Origin: Alphaproteobacteria bacterium
GTDB lineage: Bacteria; Pseudomonadota; Alphaproteobacteria; UBA828
DNA: 64,000 nt
Direction of reading: 5' to 3'
Assembly (NCBI GenBank): GCA_965262755.1
Contig: OZ253557.1
Coordinates: forward strand, 718,619-782,618
Both the position numbers and the translations under genes were made by a program. This document shows, piece after piece, positions 1 through 8,357 of this stretch; within the stretch, counting starts at the first letter, position 1, and every line of letters begins with the position of its first letter. The notes beneath the pieces were generated by a model. It was given only the letters and a program-made list of their open reading frames with translations. It had not been told where the DNA came from and ran no database searches.

Positions 1-530
1 GCGCATCGAGGGGTTGTCGGATGAGCCTCGGCCGGGACGGCCGCGAACGCTCACGGACGGTCAGGTGGCCAAGGTTGTCGAGCGGACGCTCACCGCGACG
101 CCGGCGGACGCGACCCATTGGTCGTTGCGCTCGATGGCCAGGGAAAGCGGCCTTTCGCACACGACGATCTGGCGCATCTGGGGCGCCTTCGGCTTGCAGC
201 CGCACCGCTCGGAGACGTTCAAGCTGTCGGGCGATCCGCACTTCGTAGACAAGGTCCGCGACATCATAGGCCTCTATCTGTCGCCACCGGACCGCGCACT
301 GGTGCTCTGTGTCGACGAGAAGAGCCAGATCCAGGCGCTCGACCGTACACAGCCGGTCCTGCCGATGTTGCCGGGCATGCCTGAGCGGCGCACGCACGAT
401 TACAAGCGCCACGGAACGACCTCGCTGTTCGCAGCCCTCGATGTCGCTACCGGCTTCGTCATCGGCAAGTGCTACAGGCGCCACCGGGCCAGGGAGTTTC
501 TCGACTTCCTGAAAGAGATCGACCGCTCGG
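1..530 (+). pseudogene. IS630-family transposase, truncated at 3' by a 92-bp MITE and open at the window start
   Basis: Translation has IS630 motifs ([44 protein letters not shown]); similarity stops exactly at TGTTG (531). Confidence 0.9.
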
Positions 531-622
531 TGTTGTTCGGCGCACTGGTTGGACGCCGATCGGCATCGCAACACATTGATTCAACTCGTTTCCGAGGGGT
601 CAGACACTCACGCCGAACAACA
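531..622. mobile_element. 92-bp IS21-like-ended MITE, copy 1
   Basis: Perfect 12-bp terminal IR TGTTGTTCGGCG/CGCCGAACAACA; internal GGACGCCGATCGGC and GGGGTCA motifs; IHF consensus CAACACATTGATT; aligns without gaps to copies 2-4. Confidence 0.85.
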
Positions 623-706
623 CAACAGGACCAGACCACCGTCGGACGAAATCAGGCTACCCCCGCAATCGGCGGTTAAAGGCTCTGCGCTTAACGACAC
701 TTGGTT

Positions 707-848
707 CTACAATGAGGTCCGTCTGCACAGTTCGATCGGCCAGAAAGCCCCGATTGAACTTGCCAGCCCTTCTGGGCTGGCATGCCGGCCCTGAGGCAAA
801 CGAATCGTGATTTTCTCGGATCCGGTGATCCAACATCGGCGCAAGTCC
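707..848 (+). pseudogene. IS3-family transposase 3' remnant with right end
   Basis: YNEVRLHSSIGQKAP (integrase-core C-terminal motif) followed by GGTGATCCAA...CA end-like sequence. Confidence 0.6.
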
Positions 849-1150
849 ACCACAACTCCCGGTAAGGCGCGATCCGAACCTATTAGTGGAGGCAGGTCAC
901 CTCGTCGTCGAGAAAAAGCTAACGGCCATTGCATTTAGTCTCCAGCCCTCCCGTGTAAGCGTAATAGGCAGACTGGCTATAACGCTTCTCCCACAACGAT
1001 TCCGCTTCTGCTTCGCTATCTCCAAAAGCAACCGAAGGCGGACCGTCGTCTTCGTCGTAGTAGGTAATGCACCTATGATTTATGGGAATTATATCGGAGA
1101 GTCACATTCGGGCGGGGGATGCGGCCTCGCCGGCAGAAGCGCTTGACGGT

Positions 1151-1585
1151 CTAGGAGGACTCCGACCTGAAGAATAGCGGCTCAAGCGCCTTCTGACTCA
1201 CCTGCCAAAGCTCGTGCGGCTCGTCGCCAATGAAGAGATCGCATTTGCACTCGCTTTCGTTCCAGCGGGGCGTCACAGAGAAGCCATCATCGCGATTGCG
1301 GCCGCGAGTGCGGCTAACTCGTAACTCAAGGGGCAGCATTTCAAATCGCACTGTCGCGACTGGGCTTCCGTTCATCTGACGGGCTACCGAGAACATCGGA
1401 ACAGCACCCCCATACTCCTTCTGCACGGAGTATTTGAAACGACCTTCTGTCAGCGTATCAATCCCGTTGGCCTGCTTGGCATCACGCTGCACCAGGCCAA
1501 AAAGAGCCTCGAACGTCAAGTCGAGATTGCAGTCGGCGCGAGCCTTTACCCAGTTCGGCGGCTCGCTGAAGACGTTCGACGACAT
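1151..1585 (-). CDS. hypothetical protein
   Basis: Protein-like ORF (MSSNVFSEPP...), downstream of and co-oriented with 1618-1836; start could be 1621. Confidence 0.6.
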   Translation of the reverse strand: MSSNVFSEPPNWVKARADCNLDLTFEALFGLVQRDAKQANGIDTLTEGRFKYSVQKEYGGAVPMFSVARQMNGSPVATVRFEMLPLELRVSRTRGRNRDDGFSVTPRWNESECKCDLFIGDEPHELWQVSQKALEPLFFRSESS

Positions 1586-1617
1586 CACGGACTCGTTACG
1601 CCAAGACGCCCATACCG

Positions 1618-1836
1618 TCAAGCGTCGTCTGATTCCTTCACGACCACCGACCGCATGACCGCATCCCGCAGCCCCTCAGGCGTCGCCTTCACGCTCACGT
1701 CCGCCTCCAGCTCCGCCTTGCTCGGCTGGTAGTTCGACGGCTTCACCTTGACGTGGCGCAGGAAGGGCGGTGTGCCGAGCGATGCAGATGCTTTGCCCTT
1801 GTCGGCTGGGCGGCTTCGGCCTCGCTTCTTGTCCAT
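1618..1836 (-). CDS. small hypothetical protein
   Basis: MDKKRGRSRP...KPSNYQPSKAELEADVSV; GAGGGAG RBS upstream. Confidence 0.6.
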   Translation of the reverse strand: MDKKRGRSRPADKGKASASLGTPPFLRHVKVKPSNYQPSKAELEADVSVKATPEGLRDAVMRSVVVKESDDA

Positions 1837-1934
1837 GTTTACTCCCTCACACGCCTGCCCATGATGCCATGCGGGGCTGGCGTTGTCTCGTCGCTTCGCC
1901 CACACTCGTTCTGCGGCATACGGGGAGACTGGCC

Positions 1935-2243
1935 ATGCGAGCGAGCGCGATCCTAATCATCACCACCCTCGTGATTCTCGTTTCGGCCCCCGCGCACGCG
2001 ACGCACAAGTCGTGGATCATCTGCCCGAAGGAAGTCATCGCCCTCCTACTCGGCTCTGTACCAGACGACGACTCCCCGCGCTCCGATGAAACTAGGCGGT
2101 TGATACGCGAGGCGTGGTGCTACGATTTAACCATGCCCCATGAGCGAACTGTTCCTGCCTCGCCCGATCGGCCCGAATGGGTGATCCCTCATGACGCTAT
2201 CGACTGGATCGCGTTTGAAATCGAGAACATGCCTGCCGAGTGA
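1935..2243 (+). CDS. putative exported hypothetical protein
   Basis: GGGGAG RBS; signal-peptide-like MRASAILIITTLVILVSAPAHA. Confidence 0.55.
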   Translation: MRASAILIITTLVILVSAPAHATHKSWIICPKEVIALLLGSVPDDDSPRSDETRRLIREAWCYDLTMPHERTVPASPDRPEWVIPHDAIDWIAFEIENMPAE

Positions 2244-2381
2244 AGTGGCTACTTGCCAGGGATTAGGGGCCTTTCTCGGCCGGCCAAGGCCAGGAAAGTC
2301 TACTCGCTGCGCTGTTGGCGCTCTAGTTTCCCGATCTTTGCGCTGTAATCCGCATCCATGTCCTCAACGTGGCGGTTTAGG

Positions 2382-2473
2382 TGTTGTTAAGCCCGCAGAT
2401 TGGACGCCGATCGGCGTGGTAACACGTTGATTCGCTTTGATTCCGGGGGGTCAAACGGCGATGCCGAACAACA
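2382..2473. mobile_element. 92-bp IS21-like-ended MITE, copy 2
   Basis: TGTTGTTAAGCCCGC...ATGCCGAACAACA, exactly 92 bp, same internal motifs, IHF consensus TAACACGTTGATT. Confidence 0.85.
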
Positions 2474-2751
2474 CGCTGATGATGAACCGGCCGGAGCCCG
2501 CGTCGCCGGCGGCTTAGCCTCCCGCCGGCGCGCCACGCCCGGCATCCCTCGAAGCCTTCCGATCTCCATGGGACCGGGGCGTCCCACCGGCGCCCGGCCG
2601 TCCGCGTCCCGCCGCAATCCGTTTGCTGCGCCGCGCGGGCGCGCCTGAACGCCGGCGAGAGCGAGAGGCTGGCCGGGAGCAGGGCGGCGGTGCGCGTCCA
2701 GGGAGAGGGCGCCGCCGCCGTTTCCACTCACCAGCCAGCGGGAGGCGGCAT

Positions 2752-3072
2752 ATGCAGATCAACGGCACACTCCAGGGAAACGCCCGGACTTATCTCACCC
2801 ACGTATTCGGGCGGGGGTTGGACGACGAGCGATACCTCGTCGAGAGGTTCCTCTCGGCGGCCGACGGAGACATCCGCCCCTACGGCGCCACCGAGCGCGC
2901 TAAGCGCGGACGGAAGCAGCCGCGCAAGGTGATGAGCCTGCGCTCCGTTCAGCGCCTGCGGCCCGGGCGCGACGAGATCATCGTCTGCACCGGCGTCACC
3001 CTGAAGGACTCCGGCATGCAGATGTGGGGAAGTCTCGCGACCATGCTCTTCGTGGACAGCAGGCGCCGGTGA
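2752..3072 (+). CDS. hypothetical protein (leading region)
   Basis: GGGAGG RBS, MQINGTLQGN..., high-GC codon usage. Confidence 0.65.
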   Translation: MQINGTLQGNARTYLTHVFGRGLDDERYLVERFLSAADGDIRPYGATERAKRGRKQPRKVMSLRSVQRLRPGRDEIIVCTGVTLKDSGMQMWGSLATMLFVDSRRR

Positions 3073-3146
3073 GCGCTGTTCGGCGGGGCGTCCGACCCGG
3101 GCGCCCCGCCACTCCTTCGCCTCTACTCCGACAGGGAGGATGCCGG

Positions 3147-3956
3147 ATGCCTTTCAGGAACCCCGACGAGAACCGCGCCTGGGGGCGGCGGCGCTACCGG
3201 CGGGTCACCGCCGGGCGCGTTGCCCTCGGACTCTGCCCCAGATGCGACCACCGCCCGCCCGAGCCCGGCCGCCGGCTGTGCGCCGATTGCGGCGAGCAGC
3301 GTCGCAGGGTGGACCGCGACCGCTACGCGCGCGCCAGGGCCGAGGGCAGGCTTTACGGCGGAAAGGCCGCCGAGGCCAAGCGGCGGGCGGGGCGCGCCAA
3401 CACGAAGCGCCGCTACGACGCCCGCCACGCTGCCGGGCTCTGCACCAGGTGCGGCAGGCACGAACCGGTTCAGGGCGGCATCGCTTGCGAGGGTTGCCGC
3501 GACCGGCGGCGCGTCCGCGAGCGCGACATCTGGTCGGAGCGGCGGGCCGAGAGCCTCTGCGGCGCCTGCGGTGCGCCGGCACTCGACGGGGGAGCGAGAT
3601 GCGACCCCTGCACCGCATTGCAGACCGGGCGCCCGTCGAGGAAGGAATACGGCCGCAAGATCTACGCCCGGCGGCGCGCGCGCAACCGTTGCACCGATTG
3701 CGGGGCCCGGTCGGGCGACGCGGCGCGGTGTCCGGGGTGCGCCCGGCGCTCCCATGCCCGCTCATCGGAGCACAGGGGGCTGCCCGCGTGGCCAGCGCGC
3801 TACACCGTCATCGCGATCGCCACGGGCGAGGACCTGGGCACGTTCGAGAGCGCCGCCGAGGTGGCCGGCTGTCTCGCCTTCTCGAAGCTCGCGGCGGACG
3901 ACGTGGAGATCGTGTCGGACACCTCCGAGATGGCGCGATACGCGGCATGGACCTAG
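3147..3956 (+). CDS. Arg/Cys-rich protein with four tandem CxxC-x(~10-11)-CxxC putative Zn fingers
   Basis: CPRC/CADC, CTRC/CEGC, CGAC/CDPC, CTDC/CPGC; GGGAGG RBS. Confidence 0.75.
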   Translation: MPFRNPDENRAWGRRRYRRVTAGRVALGLCPRCDHRPPEPGRRLCADCGEQRRRVDRDRYARARAEGRLYGGKAAEAKRRAGRANTKRRYDARHAAGLCTRCGRHEPVQGGIACEGCRDRRRVRERDIWSERRAESLCGACGAPALDGGARCDPCTALQTGRPSRKEYGRKIYARRRARNRCTDCGARSGDAARCPGCARRSHARSSEHRGLPAWPARYTVIAIATGEDLGTFESAAEVAGCLAFSKLAADDVEIVSDTSEMARYAAWT

Positions 3957-4320
3957 AGCGTGCGCGCCTCGCCCGCCGGGGCCGCGCGACGGCCGGGCCC
4001 CCACCTTCGATTGCCGCGCGAGCATCGCGCCCCACCCCGCTTCCACGCGCGGCGCTTCGCGCCCCGCCGGTGCGATCCCTCGCCATCCGTCGCTTCGATC
4101 CGGACGCCGCGCTCCTGACGTCCGACGCCGGCGTGCCGCACACCGCGACCGAATTGACCGCGCGAACGGTCGTGAGGTCTGCGGCTATCCGGCAGACGGC
4201 GAGGCGGACGGCAGGCCAGAGTTGGAGGAGGGCCTGGAGAAGGGTGAGCGGGGAAGGGGTCGAGAGAGCCCGGACCCGCTCGGCAACCATCGTCAGAACC
4301 AGGAACCATAGGAGACGATC

Positions 4321-4782
4321 ATGAGCTTCGGATTGAATCGCGCGGAAGTGATCGGCCGCCTCGGCGCCGATGTGACCGTGAATCATCTCGCATCGGGGGG
4401 CCGCGTGGCCAACCTGAGCATCGCCACCGACGAGAGCTACATCGACAGGAACGCCGGCGGCGAGCGGATCGACAAGACCGAGTGGCATCGGGTCGTCACC
4501 TTCCAGGATGGGCTGATCGACATGCTGGGCAAGCACGCGAAGAAGGGCCGTCTGGTCTACGTCGCGGGCAAGATGCAAACCAGGAAGTGGCGCAAGGACG
4601 GCGAGGACAGCGACCGCTACTCGACCGAGATCCTGCTCGTCCCCGGTGGGCGCGTTCAGTTCCTGGATCGCCCCGCCGGCGCCAACGGCAACGGCGCCCC
4701 GGCGTCGAACGGCGAGGCGGCCCAGCCCGCCGCGAGCGGCGACGCCGATCCCGACCACGACACGAGCCACATTCCTTTCTGA
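4321..4782 (+). CDS. ssb: single-stranded DNA-binding protein
   Basis: LNRAEVIGRLGAD, TEWHRVV, KGRLVYVAGKMQTRKW, C-terminal IPF. Confidence 0.97.
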   Translation: MSFGLNRAEVIGRLGADVTVNHLASGGRVANLSIATDESYIDRNAGGERIDKTEWHRVVTFQDGLIDMLGKHAKKGRLVYVAGKMQTRKWRKDGEDSDRYSTEILLVPGGRVQFLDRPAGANGNGAPASNGEAAQPAASGDADPDHDTSHIPF

Positions 4783-4806
4783 CGGGTCCCTCCCGCCCGT
4801 CGACCT

Positions 4807-4850
4807 GGGCCGATCCCACCCATCCCCTGGGCTTCGGGATCGGCCCTTTT
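4807..4850 (+). terminator. putative intrinsic terminator after ssb
   Basis: GGGCCGATCCC...GGGATCGGCCC followed by TTTT. Confidence 0.6.
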
Positions 4851-4925
4851 CTCTGTCAACGAACGGGACGCGGCAGGCCGCTTCGACGACCGTCGCCGCG
4901 TCCCATGCCTGGGGAGGTATCGATC

Positions 4926-5225
4926 ATGTCCAGCTGCGGCTTCAGCATCCACGACATCCGGTTCCGCAGGACCAGCGACGACGAATGCGCGATCGTCGTC
5001 CACGGCCAGACCGTCGGCACCGTCATGCGACGGCCAGACATCGCGAACCCCGATGGCGGCTTCTTCTACGCCGTCCACCTGATGGACGATTTTCGTGGGC
5101 CTCGGCTGGTCGATCATCGTCACGAGGTCCGACCGGTCGCCGCCGCGATGATCGCCGAGCGCGATCTCGCGCCCTGGACCCCGCCACCGGTCCATCCGGA
5201 CTTCGCCCGGCACCGGCCCGCGTGA
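4926..5225 (+). CDS. hypothetical protein
   Basis: GGGGAGG RBS; MSSCGFSIHDIRFRR... Confidence 0.65.
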   Translation: MSSCGFSIHDIRFRRTSDDECAIVVHGQTVGTVMRRPDIANPDGGFFYAVHLMDDFRGPRLVDHRHEVRPVAAAMIAERDLAPWTPPPVHPDFARHRPA

Positions 5226-5927
5226 TCTTCAACCTCCCGCCCGCCTCGGGGACGTGTCCTCCGTCAACCTTCGACGGCGGCCGTCCCCATTTTTGTGCAG
5301 CCAGGCCGGAGCCCCCTCACGCCGCCATCTCTCCCGCCACACCGCTGGCGACGACAACAGAAAAAAGAGAGCCCGCGTGTGTGGGGAGGGGGGGGCATCT
5401 CGTCGTGATCTTCCATTGTGCCACGCGTGCTCATTCCAGCAACCCTCCGGGTCCTCCGCTGCGCTCCGGCCTGGCCCAAGCAGGACTAGGGCGGGCCGTG
5501 AAAGTCGCCGACCGTGAAGTTGGGCTTGCGAGAACTCCCCAAGACCTCGCGTGTGGCGCGCCGGCCCCTGAAGCGCGGGGCCGGCGCGTCGGCCCGGCGC
5601 TCCCAAGCGGCCCGGCGCACGGCAGCCAGCACCCAGAGCCCTGCCAGGATGCACCATCGTGAATCGCTCCCGGCGCCTCGTACCGGGGCGGCTGCTGCCT
5701 GCCGCACGCCTCGAATGCCTACTTGAAACGCGGCTCAACACCACGACCCCGCGCCGGACCTCCCCAGACCGAGAGACGCCCAACTTCCGCACCAAGATCG
5801 CCGACTTTCCGCACCAACCCCCGCCCAAGACCTGCTAGGGCCAGGTGCTTCCACTGCGCGCGCGTGACCCAAAGGAACATCACGACGGGGCAGACCGCCT
5901 CGGAGGATGAACCGAAAGGAGATCGTC

Positions 5928-6845
5928 ATGCGCGACATCATCGAGACCGCAACCGCTTCTTCCACCGCAGCCGTCTGTGAGAGCCTCGCCCTTTACGGCG
6001 GAAGCCCCGAGCGCGGCGAGCTCGACAGCCGCGACGTCTGGGACCAGGACGACGCCACCGAGGCGCTCGGCGAGGCCATCCGCGTCATCGTGGGCGGCGT
6101 CACCGTCGAGGGGACGCAGCTCGCCGACGAGCGCGAGAGCCTGCTGTGGGGCTTCGTCAATATGCTGCACAGCCAGGTCGCCCGCCTCGACCGGACCGTC
6201 GACCGTATCGTCCCGGAGATGCGCGACCTCGAGCGCGCCCAGGACGGCACCGAGGTGAAGGCCGTCGAGCTTGAGACCCTGACCGATCGGGCGCGCAACC
6301 TCGGCGATCGCCGCGACGCGTTCGAGAAGATGCGCGACACCGCCGCCGAAGCGTACCGGGTCCACACCGGCGATATCTGGCGCCCGCGCCACGGATCGCA
6401 CGCCTCGCGGACCGGATCGCTCACCTCGGCCGCCATCGACGCCCGCGACTTCCGGCGCGCCCGCAAGGACCGCGAGACCCGCGCGCACCTGCCCGAGGGC
6501 ACCCTGGTTGCGGTGACCGGCGGCAAGCAGGTCGCCGATGCGGACGGCGTCTGGAGCACGCTCGACCGCACACGGGAGAAGTACGGCGACATGGTTCTGC
6601 TGCACGGCGGCGGCCCCGGCTACGAGAAGATCGCCGCGAGTTGGGCGGACGCGCGCGGAGTCGATCAGGTGATCTGCCGCCCGGACTGGAACGCCCACGG
6701 CAAGGCCGCGCCATTCCGGCGGAACGACGAGCTGTTGAACCTGCTCCCGAAGGGCGTGATCGCGTTCCCCGGATCGGGCATCACCGGGAACCTCGTCGAC
6801 AAAGCCCGCCAGCTCGGCATCCCGGTATTCAGCGTCGCCGCGTGA
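5928..6845 (+). CDS. DUF2493 / YspA-like SLOG-domain protein of alphaproteobacterial mobile elements
   Basis: LLWGFVNMLH, GTLVAVTGG, LLHGG, DWNAHGKAAPFRRND, FPGSGITGNLVDKARQLGIPV; AAGGAG RBS. Confidence 0.9.
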   Translation: MRDIIETATASSTAAVCESLALYGGSPERGELDSRDVWDQDDATEALGEAIRVIVGGVTVEGTQLADERESLLWGFVNMLHSQVARLDRTVDRIVPEMRDLERAQDGTEVKAVELETLTDRARNLGDRRDAFEKMRDTAAEAYRVHTGDIWRPRHGSHASRTGSLTSAAIDARDFRRARKDRETRAHLPEGTLVAVTGGKQVADADGVWSTLDRTREKYGDMVLLHGGGPGYEKIAASWADARGVDQVICRPDWNAHGKAAPFRRNDELLNLLPKGVIAFPGSGITGNLVDKARQLGIPVFSVAA

Positions 6846-6869
6846 CTGAGGCGCTCCCGCAACCCATCA

Positions 6870-6912
6870 GGGCCGGTCCTTCGCTTCCGCGAGGGATCGG
6901 CCCCTTTTTTTT
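6870..6912 (+). terminator. putative intrinsic terminator
   Basis: GGGCCGGTCCTTCGC...GCGAGGGATCGGCCC followed by T8; related to the 4807 hairpin. Confidence 0.7.
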
Positions 6913-7209
6913 CGCCGTGCCCGGTGTCGCGCATCGCGGCGGCGGCGCTCCGCGCCGCCGCCGCTCGTGCTCCCTGCACCGCCCCCCTGCAACGCGCCGC
7001 CCGCGCGGCCTCGCGTCCGGATCTACGCTTTCGCCGTCGCCGGATGCTTGCCGTCTCAATCCCCCCCCCCCGATCCGTATCCGACACCGCCAACAGCCCA
7101 TTGTTTCGCGCCTGGTTTCCCGTGTGGCCCGTTCGCAATTGTGGCCGACGACGACCCGATATCGCCCTCTGTCCGACCGGCATGATCGGGGCGCCGGGCT
7201 CTATTCCGC

Positions 7210-7600
7210 CGGGCGCGGCTTCGCCCCGCCCGGCTCCACGAAGCCCGCTGACGCGGTCTTCGCCCTTCGGGTGACGATCCCTGTCGCCTTCGCTCGCTCA
7301 CGCTCGCTGCGCGCTACGCTTGCAGGTGCAGGCTTCGAGACCGCGCCCGGCTCGCGAGCGTGGCTCGGTCGCTTCGCTCCCTTCACCCGCCCGCTCTCTG
7401 ACCCTCCGAGCCGCGCTTCGCGACGCGGCGCTTCGCACCGCCGCCACTCGTTCCCCTGTTCTGCCTTCCCGTCAAAGGCCTCCGCCTCGTATCCGGCTCG
7501 GCGCTCCGCGCCATCGCGCCCGCGTCCGCTCCGTTGCCGTCCTCTCCTCATCTGCCCGCCTGTCTCGCTTCGAGCCTGGCGCTTCGCGCCGACGCTCTCC
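7210..7600. other. non-coding hairpin-rich tract (ssi/sso-like)
   Basis: Many short GC stems with CTTCG/CTCCG/CTACG loops, pyrimidine skew, no credible ORF, next to the mob region. Confidence 0.45.
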
Positions 7601-7646
7601 GCTCGTCCAGGCTCCTCTCCAACCCTTTCAACAGTGCTCTGCCCTC

Positions 7647-7952
7647 CTAGAAAGGATCCCCTCCCGATTCCGTCCCCGCCGCCTGCGCAGCCACCTTGGC
7701 AGCTTTCCGTCCCGGCAGCGCTCCCTTGTCTAGGAACGCCTTCAAACTTCGCTCGCCGATCTCGATACCCCGCGATTTCAGCACCTCGTGCATCTGCACC
7801 ACGGTCACGCCCTTGGCCCGTTGCTCGAGCATCCGCTCTCGCAGACGGTCCAGCACGTCCTTCAGGCTCAGCTTTGGCGGTGCCAACTTCGCCAGATCGC
7901 CGTCGATCGCCTCGAAGTCGATATCCGCTTCATTGAATCGCCTTGCCACCAT
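7647..7952 (-). CDS. mobilisation accessory (MobC-like) small DNA-binding protein
   Basis: Divergent from the relaxase; helical HTH-like segment (GVTVVQMHEVLKSRGIEIGERSLKAFL). Confidence 0.65.
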   Translation of the reverse strand: MVARRFNEADIDFEAIDGDLAKLAPPKLSLKDVLDRLRERMLEQRAKGVTVVQMHEVLKSRGIEIGERSLKAFLDKGALPGRKAAKVAAQAAGTESGGDPF

Positions 7953-8094
7953 AGCGTCTCCCTTCCCGCTCGACCGCTACATCTAGTAGTCTCGCATGAT
8001 CGCTCTGCGGCCCCACTGTGTCAACGCCGCGCTCGTATCGGCCTCGATGCGCGCCAACCCGGCGCCGCCGCGTCTTGTCCCTGCCATGGATTCT

Positions 8095-8210
8095 CTGATA
8101 TGCATTGAATCCCCTTGTCGCTAACCGTGTAAGTGATAAAAAGCCTTTGCACACCTGTGCAAGCTGGCGCTTGTGGGATCAAATACAGGGACGTACAATC
8201 TGCCACAGAG
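8095..8210. promoter_or_regulatory. candidate oriT / divergent promoter region
   Basis: AT-richer intergenic segment between the accessory gene and relaxase; perfect hairpin TTGCACA-CC-TGTGCAA at 8147-8162. No nic site identified. Confidence 0.45.
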
Positions 8211-8357
8211 AGACGACATCGCAAACCGGATGCAGATCACGCCCCGAGTTCTCAAGGTGCTAATCACTGATCTCATGAGGCGGATAGTGCCGAACCTCCA
8301 GAGCCGATGCCGGAAGCCGATAACCGCTCTCTCGCGTAGCGTTGAGGCGCCCTCGCC

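Noticed and set aside
531-2473. Dispersed 92-bp repeats or the heptamer tract as a CRISPR array
   Set aside because: No regularly spaced repeat-spacer units and no cas genes.
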